From Nemertoderma westbladi (taxonomy: Eukaryota; Animalia; Xenacoelomorpha): 64,000 bases of DNA. The translations under genes were made by a program, and so were the position numbers. The DNA is taken from contig JAUCBJ010001698.1 in the NCBI GenBank assembly GCA_032718475.1, positions 13,117 to 77,116 on the forward strand, in the 5' to 3' direction. The notes under the pieces are model-generated. The model saw only the letters and a program-made list of their open reading frames with translations. It searched no databases and had not been told where the DNA came from. Each line of letters opens with the position of its first letter. The stretch's first letter is position 1. Below are positions 1 to 14,475 of this stretch, one piece after another.

Positions 1-315
1 TCTGTGCAAATAAAATGAAAATCGCTCTGATTGGTCGAGTGAGTGAACAGAGTGAGCCTGAACAAAGAAAGCTCCACGAGTACACTAAATCAGCTGATAG
101 ATGTCGTAATCTGAACTACACTGTATTAAGAGTATTTTGGCGCATTGCGACACAAAATGGCTTGTTATGTCCGCCAAAGTACACATACAGAAAAAACTGC
201 TTTTTATGTCCGCTAAACACCGATACAGTAAGAAAACGGCTTTTTATGTCCGTTAAAACATCTACAGAGTACTTTGCGGGGAAAATGACTAGCTAATTCC
301 GCAAAAGCCTTTACA
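1..315 (-). repeat. 3' LTR of element A (partial)
   Basis: Direct repeat of 17174-17488; preceded on the minus strand by purine tract GGGAGCGG (316-323). Confidence 0.95.
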
Positions 316-393
316 CCGCTCCCAGAAAATGGGATTTAATTCTATAAAATATAAAAAATCACAGTTTCTAAAATATAAAAATACTCTAAACAG

Positions 394-3300
394 TTAGTCT
401 TTCTTGCGCGGACGGCGTTTACGCAGTTTTTTGAGGCTAGCAAGAGTCCTTTTCTCTTTGGGGCGAGCCACTTTACTAGGAGGGCTATAACTCCTGGGTG
501 AAGGGTGCAATACAATTGCATCAGAAGGTTTAGGATTACGGTCGGTGTATCCACCGGTCGAGGTACCTGGTTGATCGATATCTACTTCAGTGGAGCGAGG
601 TCTAACGGCCTTTAGAGCGCGTCTTAGGACAGCAGCTCCTACTGGTCCCTGACGAGTCGTCTGGACAATAGCGGTAGGTGGACCGCGAGTGGTGAGAAAC
701 TTCCTCGGTTTAATGGTTCTTTCCAGCTCGCGTTCTCGGGCTCGATATTCGTAGGGCCGTCGATGTACTTCCTGTAACTCAGGGTGAGAGTTGATGAACA
801 AATCGCCATACTCAGGGTCTTGACGGATGAAATTGGTCAAATTGTATGAATTAATATCGTTAGGATTGATATTCCTGAGATATTTACGAACAAATTTGGT
901 GGAAATACACTCACCTACACGCTTCATTAGTTCGTAACTCGGTGTGCGCGATTTTTGTTCAACAGACGCGAATAGATAAGGATGGAACGCGTAAACTCCT
1001 TCGTAGGCGCGTCCAGGGTAATAGCGATGGCGTGACTCACAATGTAAATCCGCATTCTCTTCCCAAGCTCGGATGTAGCGCAGGGTAATCATCTCATCTA
1101 CGCTTTCCAGATCGCGGTTAAAAGGGCAATCAAAACTGGCATGTCCTTTAAGTTGACAATGATGGCATTGAGTCATAAATTGGGGGCAGACTGCGAAAAT
1201 GTGCGAGTTATTGAGTCTGCAATAAGCACAATAGATCTCCATCATCGGTTGTTCATGGAAATAGGAGCAGGGTACGTGTGAGTCCATAGGGGTGAAATGA
1301 TCTCTCGATGCGCATAATCGGCAACGTTTTCGAGAAACATAGTTGGCGTGCCGATAATCGTATGCGGTGAGACATTGTGGACCTTGATACCATTCCAAGA
1401 CGTAGTCGTTATCGCTGCTCCGGGGCGCTGTAGGCTGAATCTCCTCAGATTCTAAGCATATTGGTTCATCTTCCAATTGCATAGCTGAGGTAGGTGCGGC
1501 TGTCTCCGCAAGCGAACCCACTGTCTGAACTTCCACGACAGAATAACCCGTGGGTATTCGAGGTCTTTGTATAACAGATGAATGTAAGTTCTGTATACAG
1601 ACGTCCTTAAAAAGGGCGAATCCCGTGCTGTCTAACTTCTCCGCAGCTGAGTCTCTTAAGCTGAGCTTGGTCAGAGCGCGGTCCTTGAACTGACTATCAA
1701 CGTTACGGAACGGAGTCAGAAAGCGCCGGAAACATTCGAAGCGGATGAATTTATTGTGTTCATCTAGCTTGGTGAGTTTGGTTCCAAGTATTAAGGGATG
1801 GGCGCGTATGGTACGACTGCACACATCGGCTAGCCAACCGGCAAGTGCGGCGTTTTCAAAGATCGTGTATATAGCTAAGGAGGGACGAAGTGGAACGCTC
1901 ATAAAGCTATACACGGCGCCAGGTGCGGTCAATGGTCCGTCAAAGTATAATCGAGAATAATGATCTCCATATACTTGTTGGTAGTTGATAGGATTTCCAA
2001 CCTTGAAATTCCATCCGTGTTCTTGAAAGGCAAGGTGTCCGATGGAGGTTCGTTGTACTTTAGTGATGCCGCTGGGTGTATTTGCATACATAGTGCGGAA
2101 GAAACCTCGGCCTTCTGCCCAGGGAGCAATCAGCTGAGTATCGACGAAAGGGTATGGAATGTTCTCCATGTTCCGAAAGTCGTTTTGGAGATCTCCATAA
2201 ACAGCTCAGCCGATTTTAAGGATTCTTTCGTTAAACAACATCTCGAGCACGGGCTGGGGTAACATCAATCCATCAATACCCATGGCCGGTTTGCGCTCGG
2301 TGTCAGTGACGTAACGCTGCGCGAGTTCGAATTGTCCATGTCGGAGTTTCTTTTGTATCTCGGTAAGGGTCTCAAAAGAATAATCAATCACATCGGAACA
2401 CGCTCGAGTAAATACGTGGGTAGAACCAGCTAGTCCTCGTATATGTATCATGCGCGTAGTTCCCAGTTCTCCAACCGGAACGCTACCTTCGCTATCGTAA
2501 GTGACAACTCCATACATCTCGATAACGTTAAGAGTCTCATTCCACTCTTTAGTGGCGTTTTCTAGAGTCATTCCCACTGGATGCCACAAGGTAGCGCATT
2601 CGCTAGCATTAGGTAGATCTCTATACTTTAAATATTGTGTAGTATATGTTTCCACATCTCCATATCGTTGTATTCTTTCCTCCTCGAATAACACGTCGAG
2701 ATTCCAGTGGGCTAATCGAGTTTTGATGAATCCATCAAGATTATACGGAGGTATTGTCTCTTTCTCTATTCTGGAAACATTATAGGGTTTTCAAAATGAG
2801 TTTACTTTCACTAACTGATCCAGATGTTTCTGTAGTTGTTCGAGTTCGACAAGATCGAGAGGATTTATGAGTGGTAGAAACTTCAGACTATGTGTAGGAT
2901 CTTCCGGTTTTACCATGTAATATTGAGTTAGATTGACATAATAAGGATGATCTTTAATCCCATAAAACGAGTTCGGTAAAGGTCTAGCGCGTATGTTAAC
3001 CTCGTGTACCATACGAACGGACAAGATCCGCTCTATTGTCCGGAGGTTCAACGAGTATACCATCGACACGAGCGGCCTCGATTGGCGGACGTTGCAACAT
3101 GGGAGCGTCAGCGATAAGATCTCGAGATCTTAGGTTGATATCAACTGGTTGAGGTTGCGCCGTGGCGAAGAGTTTGTCTCCGAAATGGGGAACCATCGAA
3201 GGATGAATGATGGTTTTAGAATAAAGATCAGTCATAAGGATTTGAGCTTCTGGCTGGGCTAAAGCTGCTTCTTCCCTCTCATCCATTTCTATGTGTCTCT

Positions 3301-4495
3301 CCTCGAGCTGATTTTCCTCCGTTTGTCGTTGGAAACGCTCGTCCAGGAACTCTTGTAGAGAATAGGTTCGTCCAAGTTCGATGTCTTCCTCAAGGTTCTG
3401 GATTTCTCGATCGAACTGTTAGGCCTGGGGTTAAGCCTGGACGGTTGTACGGGTTAAACGGCGATATTAGATGACCGCGTCCTAATCCGGCTAGGTAGGG
3501 TTGGCGAATATCTAGCGAGCCCACTACCGGAGTACCGCCGATTAATTGTTCGGGTAACACAAGATCTTTAAACAGTGAGTACAGTTCAGGGGGATCCATT
3601 ATACTATTAGGATCAAGCGTTTGAGGTCTCACTAAGGAATGAGGAGGTCTGACCGAGTATTCCGGAACTCTGATCATTGGTTTGTTTAAGGATCGTTTGA
3701 GCCGAGCGAGCGTAGGTGATACATCGAACAGGTTTCGCTCGAAACTCCCATAAGTATATCGTGTAAAACTGTGTTTAGCGCAACGTCTCCGCGGATGTTT
3801 ATGTCTTTCCGTTTGCTGATTGGGTCTAGGGCATTCGTCGCAGTAATACCAAAGACGCACGTCCTGCAGGGGAAACGCGGGTGATCATTCTCCAGTTTTA
3901 CAATATTCCTCCATCTGTTCGAAGCTATCTGGGACGACAGGTAGCGGTCGATCGGCGGTAAGATACATCATAGTGAAATAGAGCCGTTTGAGTTCTATCA
4001 TAGGGTCATGATGTATACCTTGAGGATATCGAGTTTCTAGATTTTGTTGACTGGCAATATTGAGATATGTTTCTCTCAGGAATTCCAGATAATCGTTGAA
4101 GTCGCTGCGTTTATCTGGCTCTTCAACGTTCTGTTTCGAATAGAATTCTCGTGTTCTATTCTCGGTTTATCGTTACGACTCCGCTGGGTATGATATTTAA
4201 ATAAAACCATTTCCCTTTCGGTGTCTACATCGTCCGTATCGTGTAAATCGATAGGATGGCCAGTAGTTAAGAAGTCCATATACGTACCATTACGATGCGT
4301 ATAGCGAGCGGTGAATTTTCTATAGTCCAATTCACGCATAAGTTGCTCCTGGGACATTGGCGGTTCGATATAACGACCATCGTCTTCCGTAGTAGTTGGA
4401 CCAGCGTCGCCGCGTATTAAGCTATCAACAAACGCTTGTAAAGGTAGAGTATATCGCTCCCTGATACCAAGATCATCTTCTATCAACTCAGTCAT
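394..4495 (-). pseudogene. Element A ORF2: DEDDy-like 3'-5' exonuclease plus CCHC zinc-knuckle protein, broken by stops, frameshifts and a deletion
   Basis: ORF pieces 4076-4495, 3390-3860, 2996-3286, 2791-3069, 2206-2694 and 394-2169 are collinear with C ORF2 and B ORF2; motifs VVTYDSEG, LPQPVLEMLFNERILKIG*AVYGD, FVDT, YTIFE; CAYC..H..C, CHHCQLKGHASFDC; basic tail KKLRKRRPRKKD. Confidence 0.85.
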
Positions 4496-5315
4496 ATCTG
4501 CTATATGAGTTTATTAATATTATAATGAGTTTATATTTAGGCTAGTGGGCGTTGCTGCCTACCCCTCTCTGCCCCCGGACAGTGCAAGATCCTCAGCGCC
4601 GATGTACCGTCGTCGCTGTGTTTTCGCCAACGTGTAGCTACACAACGACAACGATAACCGGCACAAGTCACTCCACTGTCCGTCCCAAAGGCTTAGATTT
4701 ACTTCAGGTTCTTATGGCAGAGTTAGGGCTACTTTCACAATTGCGACTCGCTACTGTAAACACACTTTAGTAGTAACATTCACCTATAAACGTACAAATT
4801 CCACACAACTGTCACAGATTGTACACATTCGGGCCATTTGTCCGTTAGTCAGTGCCTTCCAGAATGTCACGTTATTATTATGTATCCTTGGATACTAGCA
4901 GTGTGCTATTTATTCCCTATGCTATTCAATGGGGCAAGCTTTCTATTGTTCTTTTTAACTCACCTCTAATTCTAGCGTGGTTGTTGCTATGGTGACATTA
5001 TGGAAAGCTAGCAGTAGCATTAGGGTAATTCTCATGCATACAGATCTGGGATGCTATTTAATAGTAATTCTTTAATTGTCAATATCCCCTTTATACATGA
5101 TTTTATAAATTTTATCGGCAATTGACTATCTATTGGAGATTCTCGCACACTAATACACTTAATAGGGTGAATCTCCGCTCCCATATCTATTAATTAATGG
5201 AATTTTGGGAATGTTATAAATTGTATAAAATGACAATTTATCAAATTCATTAAAAGAGATGAATTAGAATTTATTCCCGTAAATTTTATTATTTAATATT
5301 AAAATAGACACAATT

Positions 5316-5610
5316 TTATTCCAGAACATGTCTGGGAACTGGGATCCTTGATTCTAGGAATTTTGTCCTTTTAAGAGTATCGGTAAGTGCTACGATATCT
5401 TAATCGACTAGAATTTTAAAGGATCTGAAATTTGACAGATTTTATAAATATTAATGGTTAATATTTAGGATGGGCACGGGTTTATTCCAGAACATGTCTG
5501 GGGACGTTAACCACTGATTCTAAAATTTTGTCTTTCAAGTATATCGGTGGGTGCCACGATATCTTAATCGACTAGAATTACAGATGGTCAAAGGGTTTAA
5601 CAGATTTATT
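5316..5610. repeat. Two ~130-bp imperfect direct repeats in the pol-ORF2 spacer of A
   Basis: TTATTCCAGAACATGTCTGGG...CGATATCTTAATCGACTAGAATT near 5317 and 5482; also duplicated in C near 53998 and 54197. Confidence 0.8.
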
Positions 5611-6127
5611 TTGAGTTATACGCTACTGTTAAATGGACATCACGCTACTATATGTATTATTTAATATACGGTATGAGAGCAATATCGCACGAAGCAATGT
5701 CAGTGTGAAGAGGCAAGTCGTTTCCAAGGTCTACCCAGAGCTTGGTTTAGCCGAGACACGAGGATCTGAATTTTTCATTCCTAATACTCTACTTTACCAA
5801 TAATACTTGAATATAGTAGGAGCTTTATTGTACTTTAATAAGTACGGATATTTCATCTTACTGTAATCACGTATTTGTAATGTAATACGGACAGTAAGGA
5901 AAGAGAAAAGAATTATTTCTCGCCATCGCACTAAATATATAATATATAAGTAATTAAGTAATAAACACTAATATATTGCACTAATCTACTAAATAATCGC
6001 TAAAATAACATTCTACTAAATAAAATTAAAGAAAACGATTATAATAAAATTACATAATAATACATACATAATATAAAATAATAAAAATATATGAAATAAT
6101 ATAGTCACACACCCACTCCAGACGCTG

Positions 6128-9100
6128 TTACGTTGGGGAGTCCCTAGATGTTTGTTGGATTAGGGAGGTGGTCGTGGGAAGAGTATCTTGCTTTCCATAG
6201 TTTCTGGAGAGTTCTCTGTCTCTTTCCAGTAAACATAAACGACCAACTGGGCGATTGAGCTGTTGCGTCTCGAAGACAATTCCCGGCTTCTTAAAGTTAC
6301 GTCGCATGACGATGAGTTCTACCGATCGCACTAAACCATCGTCCGAGATATGAGTCTCGATGATACGACCTGTCTGCCACCGCTTACGTGGAAGGTCTGA
6401 ATCCACAATAAGGACCATGTCTCCAGCGCTGACGTTTTCTTGCTGCGCAAACCACTTAGTTCGAAGTTGTAGCATGGGCAGATAATGTTTTTCGAAATGG
6501 TCAGCGAAACGACGGGATAACAACTGCATAAGTTGCCAAGTTTGCTGGCAGTATTCGTCTCCGTCTGTGATTTCCGATCGTGGGAGCATGGCTACAGGTT
6601 TTTTCAGTAGGAAGTGCGCGGGTGTTAGCACTTCCAGGGAATCTGGACTCGATGAGACTGGCATAAGCGGTCTCTCGTTGAGATAGGCGGCGATTTCCTC
6701 CATTAACGTCCGCAAAAGTTCGTTGGTGAGATATGCGCGGCATGGCACTATAAAGTGAAATGCGGTCTTCATGCTCCTGATTAATCTCTCCCAACTTCCT
6801 CCCCACCAAGGGGCATCGGCGGCGTTGAAGGTCCAGCTAGATGCTGTTATCCTTAGCTGATCGTCCACCTGTCTTTGGTTCCAATCTTTGACGTAAGCCT
6901 TGATTTCATTGTTGGCACCAATGAAGTTCGTTCCCTTATCAGATTTCATCGTGTTACTAGTTCCAAAGCGAGCGATCTGTCGGCGTAAGCTCAAGATGAA
7001 GCTATTGGTAGATAAATCGTTCACCATATCGAGATGGATAGCTCTACAAGTCATACAGACAAAGATGACACACCATCTCTTGACTATAGTCCTAGCACGA
7101 TATACTTCAATAGGGCCAAATATATCTACACCGGTATTAGTGAAGGGTGGTTCATAGAAGCTTACTCGTTCCCTAGGTAATTCTGCCTCTTGCTGTGTTA
7201 AAGGCCTACTGAATGCTTTCCTACAGGGTATGCAGTTCCTAAGAACTTGGTTCAGAGCTCTACGGGGTTTATAAAAATAATAGCGGGTTCGAATTTCGCT
7301 AAGAACTCGTTCTCTACCAGCATGATAAAGCTTACTGTGAACATCTACAATCATCTTGATTTGTATTTCAAGATTTCTAATGAGTATGGGAAACTTAGTG
7401 TCAAAGGATAATGGAGCATTAGTTAGTCTTCCTCCAACGCGTATTAACCCATCTATCATTGTGCTAGAGAAACGATCCCTTAAGCGCATCTGTGGATTTC
7501 TCAACAACAGGAAATACTTATCGGAATCCTCATAGCATTGCAGGAGTCTCAGTATCTGCTTATTGCTTTCTTCATGCTCCTGGTAACTGATCTTCTCCTT
7601 CAGAAACCTGTCGGATATCTTGTATTTGGGAGTATCTTTAACAACATGGACCTGTGCAGATGTCAGTGGAGCAGTATCACTAGTGGTCTTCGTCCTGGAG
7701 TAGCGATGATGAAAACATCGCTTTAAATATGTAACGGCTTTACAGAGCCGATTCCAGGAACTACAGTGATGTATCGCTCTCTGCAGGAGGAGTGAGAGTC
7801 CTTGCGAGACGTCTGGCGTTCCAGATTTCCAATCTCTCTCTGTGATTTCCACAACAGACTTATTTGTGGCGGGGGATTGTGGATCCAAAGCATCGTCTCC
7901 GGAAGTGTGTAGTACCGACAGATCTATCACAGGTTTAAATAACTTCGATTTACTCGCCCGGGTTTTAGGTTTGACTTTCTCCGCTCCCTTGGCCTGTCTA
8001 ATCTCCGCCGTAGTAAGATAAGGAGGCCATTCATCTTCTTCTTTGCTTAGGAAGTCGGGTCCACCTAACCAGTCTGGAGTATCTATCAGTTCTTGTGGAG
8101 TTGCTCCCCTGGAGGCGATGTCTGCTGGATTAATCGTTCCGGGGCAATGTCTCCATTGACCTATCTTCGTGCGACTGAGGATAATGGCTACTCTGTTGGT
8201 AACAAAGACGCTGAACTGACAGACTTCATTGGTTATATACTCCAACACGAGTAAAGCATCGGTCCAATAAACAGTTTTCTCCAGTGGATAGTCGATCTGT
8301 TCTGTTACATTCCGGCCGATGGCTGTAGCGTATAGAGCCGCTTTTAACTCCGCTCGAGGAACCTTCAACTTGTGGTTAATCAAGGCCTTAGAGGTAACCA
8401 AGGCGACTTTGATTCCATCCGGAGTTTCAACTCTCAGGTAGGCTACTATACCTATTCCCATATCGCTGGCGTCTCCAAACACATGGAGTTGATAGGAATA
8501 CGTAGGGAGAACATGACCAAAATATGAACGGGAAATTATAAAGTTCTCGATGGCTGGTAGAGAATCTTCCCATTTCATCCACTTCTTTAATAGTTCTCCC
8601 TTAAGTGGATCGTCCCATGAGTGGTTTTCAAGCCACATTTGCTGTACTAAACTCCGAGCAATCAATATAACTGGGCTAATAAATCCCAATGGATCGAAAT
8701 AAGTGCTCAGGATACTTAAACAAATCCGTTTAGTCCAAACTGGATTATCTCGCTGTTTTAGCTGAAAAAACAGGATATCTCTCTCTGTGTCCCATTTCAA
8801 ACCAAGAGTCTTGGTTTCTGGAAGATCGTCTTTGATTAGGTCTAGATCTTTCGCTCCTCGGTCTTCTACTGGAATCAATTCCAGAAACTCATGGGAGTTG
8901 CTGGTGAATTTAGTCAATCGAAATCCACCTCTTTTCAAGCACTCTACCGTCCCTTTGGTGACGTCAATGGCTTCTTCCACTGATGGGAGGGACTTTAAAT
9001 TGTTGTCCATGTATATATCCCGTTTGATGTTGACGATCACCTCTTTAGAGAAGGCGTCCCGGTTGTCATCAGCAGTGGTCCGCACCACTGAGCAGACGTT

Positions 9101-12100
9101 TGAAGGGCTTGAGATGATCCCAAAAGCCTGGATGGTCATCCAGTACTCCACCGGTTTCTGATTGAGGTCTCCTTCAGGCCACCACAGAAATCGTAGGCTG
9201 TCGCGATCCCTTTCCAGCGCCTTAACTTGTAAGAACATGCCTTCTATATCCGAAGCAAAAGCAATCGAATATTGTCGTAATCTTAAGAGTATTCCCAACA
9301 AGGATTGGAGTAAGTTGGGTCCAGGCAATAACTCGGAATTAAGTGATTAGCCCATGTAGAGGGCGGAGCCGTCAAATACTACACGGACTTCATGGGGTTT
9401 ACCGGGTTTGGGAACGTAATGATGTGTTAGATAGTACGTCCTCTCAGTTATGGGTGTTTCTTCCGGTACTCGCTCCGCGTATCCTTTGTTAATAAATTTC
9501 TTCAACTGAATCTTGTACATTTCCTTAGCTGAAGCATTTGCCGTAAGGCGTCGATGTAGTTGCGCAATTCTTTTCTCCGCCAAGGGTCGGTTGTTTACGA
9601 ATTTAGGTTCCCGTTTTCGAAATGGTAGACCGATTTCATATCTACCTTGATCTTTAAGAAAACGTGTAGTTGTCTCCTGGATCTGTTTGGCTCTTTCTTC
9701 TTCTACCGATAGGGCCTTATCGTAGGAATTGGGCTCTACGGCCTCTTGAGTAAAGAATCGTACGGCGTGTTCATCCCGAGTTTTCACGTTGTAGCGATCT
9801 ATTACGTCATTCAGTTCGTCGTTATAGTTGACTTGTCCTGATGGACGAATGAGTTGACATAGGTTCACTTGGTTTTGCCAAGTTTCGTTTTCCGTAAGGA
9901 GGTCGATGGTATGGTGTATGGTGTTCCCTCAGTTGGGTCATCCACCTCACTGCTCTCCACTTCCCATCACTTACTTGGTAGACCCGTTCTTTGGGTAATC
10001 TTTCCATGAGAGTTCTACGGGAAGGGCCAGTAAAGTACCAACCTACTCTAGTTCTTCCCGCATAGACTTGTAATGGTTGCGGTTGAGCACGCCGTTTCTC
10101 CAATGTCTCAAGCGCCTCATGCGCATTTTGGCCGATGAGTATTTGCACTCCAGGGTAGTCTGTGTTCAATCTAGGTATCTTAAGCTGCTGGGTGCAATCA
10201 TCCTCGTCCCAGTTATAAGGTTCCACTTGGCTGGTAGCGAAGTTCTTTATCGCCACCATTTTTACTGACCTTATACTGTGTTCTCCTAGTTCATCCTGGG
10301 GGGTGGACAACGCACCTACATAGTAATCTGCAATTACTGTAGATTTCCAAACCTGCATAATTCCTGACATGTTTAACTTAGTTCGGAACTTGGGTTGTCC
10401 AGCAAAGATGTCTTCGGCTAGTTCTTTGTCGATGAATGTTCCTGTGCTGCCGGAGTCAAGAAGGGCGTTCACTATATAGCTTTTTCGTGGCCCGTGGACT
10501 CTCACCTGCACTACGGGAAATTCTCGGATTCCTACATTGGAAGTTGGTGCTTTCCAAGATGGTTGTCGGTCGGGAGTAGTTAGGGGGGGCTCACTGTCGG
10601 TGTCCTTTTCATACGTAAGTGCTCGATACACTGCGGTATTTATTAGGTAACAGGATTCGTCTTCGTCGGAGAATTCGTCCGTATAGAATCCTTCCATCTC
10701 AGAACTTTGGTCAGTGTCGTTCACATCACTGAATTGGACATGTAGTTCGGACTCACTTACCTGACTCGGGCTGTTTCGTTCGAATTCAGTGTGCAACAAG
10801 ATATGATGCTTTGCGCCGCACTTGGCACACCTTGCGTCGGAGTAACAGGTTCGCCGTTGGTGTCCTTGTCTGAGGCAATTATAACACAACCGCTTATCCT
10901 ACATGACTTCACGTCTATCTTTTAATGATTTCTTTAGGAATTCATCACACACATTCAAACGGTGGGGCCCGTCACATAGCACACATTTCGGTTTGATGTT
11001 ACTTACCTTATTCTGAGTAACGTTGTGTACACTCGTTCTTTCCTCGGGCTTTCTTACATGAATTCTCTTAGGAGACGTAGGAGGAGTTTTTCTTAACTGT
11101 TCTCTCCTGTCATTGGTTCGAGACTTGAATTTACCTACGTCTTTAGGCGTTTTGTTGACATAGTAAGATCTTTCAGCTGTCTTCTTCTTGAGAAGCCTGG
11201 CTTTCACCATCGTCGGTATAACACACTGGTGTTACCTTTCTCCTAGAAACGGGTTTCTCACTTACCTTATTTTCCGTTGTCTTCTCTCTGGACTGCTTTA
11301 GGAGCTGTAGTTTTACCTCGCCATCCAAGAATGACATGAGATCAGCCATGGTAGGGTCTCGTCGTTGTTGTTCCATCATATATAACACTTTCTTGTCCCA
11401 GCGTGTACCTACTCCACCCTTTGGTAAAGTAGAGGCCACAGCTCCAATAACCATAGAACTCTGATATTCATGAGACTTACCTAGCCAATCTAATTGTCTA
11501 CAGATCTCCTGAATCTCATCGGAAAACTCTATAATCCCGCTGCTAATGAACTTTCGGGGCGCTACTAATTTTGCATACAAATACCTAGCTATGTTATTCC
11601 TATTACCATACCTGATATTTAATGTATCCCAAAATGTATCCTAATGTTATCTTTGTAATATTCATTAAAAGGTAACCATTTCATCTCATCTCCATTGAAC
11701 TTGACGATCTCTCCCACCTTTACCGCTTGACGGGCTTCGGTTCTAGCCATTTGACGCGTAAAACTTTCTTGGGCCATCGTATTATTTAATATCGAGTTAT
11801 CGGTATATAAATTTCTCGGATTATGATCAGGTCTATATGGAATATCATTGTCAACAGGTTTATAATTACCCTTAATAGGGTTTACTATAGGAGTTTCTAC
11901 TTCACTAGCAGTATAGATGCGTGTAGGCTCCACACCTTGCGCATGAAATACTTCAGACCTAACAGGTTGACACATTGTTACAGGGGGTGGTAGTATACCC
12001 TTTTGTATATTTACCAATTTATCGCGTTCTAACGCGATATTCTGCTGCACTTCTTGCAACTCTAACCTACTCTCTCTGACTGTTCCCTTTAACTGCTGAA

Positions 12101-14097
12101 CAGTCCCTTCCATCTCCCGGACCTGTTGAGAGGAACACAAACGGTGTTCTCTCAGCTGCCTGAGCAGGAGACCCATCTCCCGCCGTCCTTCTTCCACCCA
12201 CTCGACCGCCGAAGCGGGAGGCGCCAACATAGTAGCGGATAGACGAGGGACAACGGGCGACAAATCATTGATATTTCGCTCGGAGTCCAGAACAGGAACT
12301 GTCCCAGAGGCAGTTCTGTTGGGCACAGGTAATTTAGTACTGTGCAAAGGGAGTTTAGGGGTAGGTTCCGGGAGTACAGGTGTCTCTATCACCGAAGGGG
12401 TGGCTTCGAGAACAGGCCTAATTATTTCAGGCTCATCTACTATAGTAGGAAGTCTTTTTACTTTTAATTTGGTCTGTGGGTTCTGTACTACCTAAGTCTG
12501 TGCTAGCTAGTTGCCTTCTCACAGTTGGGGGCAAATCAGGCAATTTCTGACAGTGGGGCGTTCTTCTACGCCTGCTGAGAAGAGATCTATTTGCTCTGCC
12601 TTCAGGATCTGTTGTATCGCCTTCATCCGATGATGAATAGCCCTGTCTCTTGGGGGTGGATCGACTTATCATCTGCATTTGACTAGCTGTTAACTGCTTA
12701 TCTATGTATTCTTGCGTCTCTTGCAGATTTTCCAGCTCTAGTTGGGTGGTCTCTTCAGACGCTCTCCTTTCTGCTTCTGCCACTGCCTCTGCCGCTTTTC
12801 TTTCCGCTTCAGCTGCTGCCACTGCCGCTTTTCTTTCCACTTCTGCCGCTTTTCTTTCCGCTTCGGCCACTGCCACCGCCGCTTTTCTTTTCGCTTCTGC
12901 CTCTGCCGCTGCTGCTGTCTTTCTGTCTTCTATACGTTTTTTCTTCACTTGTTCTTCTTGGACTCTAGCGATGCGGAGGCGTTCATCAAATTTAGCTTGG
13001 TTTGCAGCTAACATTTCCGCATCTATTGCGTCCAACACAAGCTTGGCTCCTTCACTATTAGGGCGAAGTCCAGCCAGCCGTCTCCTCAACTCTTCATCTC
13101 CTAGAAATCTTTGATAGTCTGACAGATAGATGTCAATAGCGTCCCTCGTCTGCGGTTTCTCTGCTGTCGCTTCACTTTCCACTTGAGAGAAGGTAGCGTA
13201 TGTTGATTCTCCATGGGCTGAGCGCTCAGCCAACTGAGATTTCCACTGGGTGGTTCCTTGAACTTTGAGACTCACCCGCTGGAACCAAGTCTTCACGGCA
13301 ACTTGCAACGACGTGTCTTGTTTTCTTTTCGAAGCCTCCTCAAAGGCCGATAGGATTAGTCTGATTCTTAGAATTCTTTCTCTAACTTGATAAAGCAGCT
13401 CTCCCTTCTCTTGAGGTCCTTGGGGTTGTTGAAACAGTTGTTCTTCTAATCGCTCCAAAGAGCTGAAGAATCCCTGTACATATCCTGCTGCTGACCTCTT
13501 CCACACAGCTGGATCACTAGTGTCTTTTGTCACTCCCATCTTGTATATGTCTTCCCAGGCAGCTTCCGATAAGTCAAACGGGAGTCCGGGTCCGGGGAAG
13601 TTCCATTGCGACTCGACAATAGACTTCAGTTCCTCCTTGGTGTATCCCGCATAACTGTCCTTGGTTGATCGCCTACCTCTCGCCCAATCAATTTGGTGTT
13701 CCTCCACCGCAATCAATACCTTAGTGAGTACGGCTGCAGGAAGAAGGAGAAGGGGATCCGAATAAACCGCATCTACCATCCTTGCTCCGTGTTCGGGTGT
13801 CAGCTCTACAGTATCCGAACTACTGGAGCTATCTGGTCGCTGAGAAATAAGTTCTCGGCTCGGGTGTTTCTGCTGTTTGACAGCTGCTTCTTGATCCCGC
13901 TTGACTTGAGCCCGAGTGCCTATGATAGACCTACGGTGTTGGACTAGCCTAGGGTCTGATACTACTACTGGAGGGATGATCTTTCTTATAGTAGGAGGTG
14001 AATTGAACTTCGGTCTCACACATTCCACACTCCTGTCTGGGTCACATATGGTTGTATCTAAGAGACTGTCTGACAGGTTTTGCTTTGTATCAGACAT
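6128..14097 (-). pseudogene. Element A gag-pol polyprotein (Pao type), disrupted
   Basis: Gag KFNGDEMKWLPF; knuckles CVLCDGPHRLNVC, CYNCLRQGHQRRTC, CAKCGAKHHILLH; protease ALLDSGS; RT YYLTHHYV..VRVVFDGSA, SDIEGMFLQV, YMDN (YxDD mutated); RNase H FGDASD, PRAEL, WTDA, NPADIASRG; integrase GVDIFGP, SDKGTNF, WWGGSWER; several stops/frameshifts and a ~110-bp gag deletion near 11630 relative to C. Confidence 0.95.
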
Positions 14098-14224
14098 GTT
14101 TATTTGTACAGTTGAATGCCTACTGCTATATTACAGTTAATGCAAGTCTAATAATTCAGTATCAACTGTTAGCCTAGTAATTAATTACCGATATCGTTAC
14201 TCAGTGTAACGTGATATATATACA

Positions 14225-14475
14225 ATATGTTACAATACCGGTATACACTTATAGTATATATATAAGTATTATTACAGACTAGGTTTGTCACAGAATACCG
14301 GTATATAATTTCAGCAAAAATATATAGATATATAATAAGCCTATCGTGAAACAGCTTATACTTATAATATATAAGTATAATTATAGACTAGAATTAATTA
14401 CAGAATACCGGTATATAATTTCAGCTTAGATTTATAGAATAAATATAATAAGCCTATTGTAAGTACCGGTATGTC
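14225..14475. repeat. Imperfect tandem repeats in the leader of A
   Basis: Recurrent AATACCGGTATA and AGACTAG blocks; related sequence in C at 61520-61620. Confidence 0.6.

Noticed and set aside
15-296. 93-aa ORF duplicated at 17188-17469
   Set aside because: Antisense ORF inside the LTR of A; duplicated only because LTRs are; no recognisable motif and not open in C
12704-13114. Ala/Ser-rich and Cys/Phe-rich plus-strand ORFs, and the other short ORFs overlapping pol
   Set aside because: Shadow frames of the repetitive coiled-coil gag and of pol
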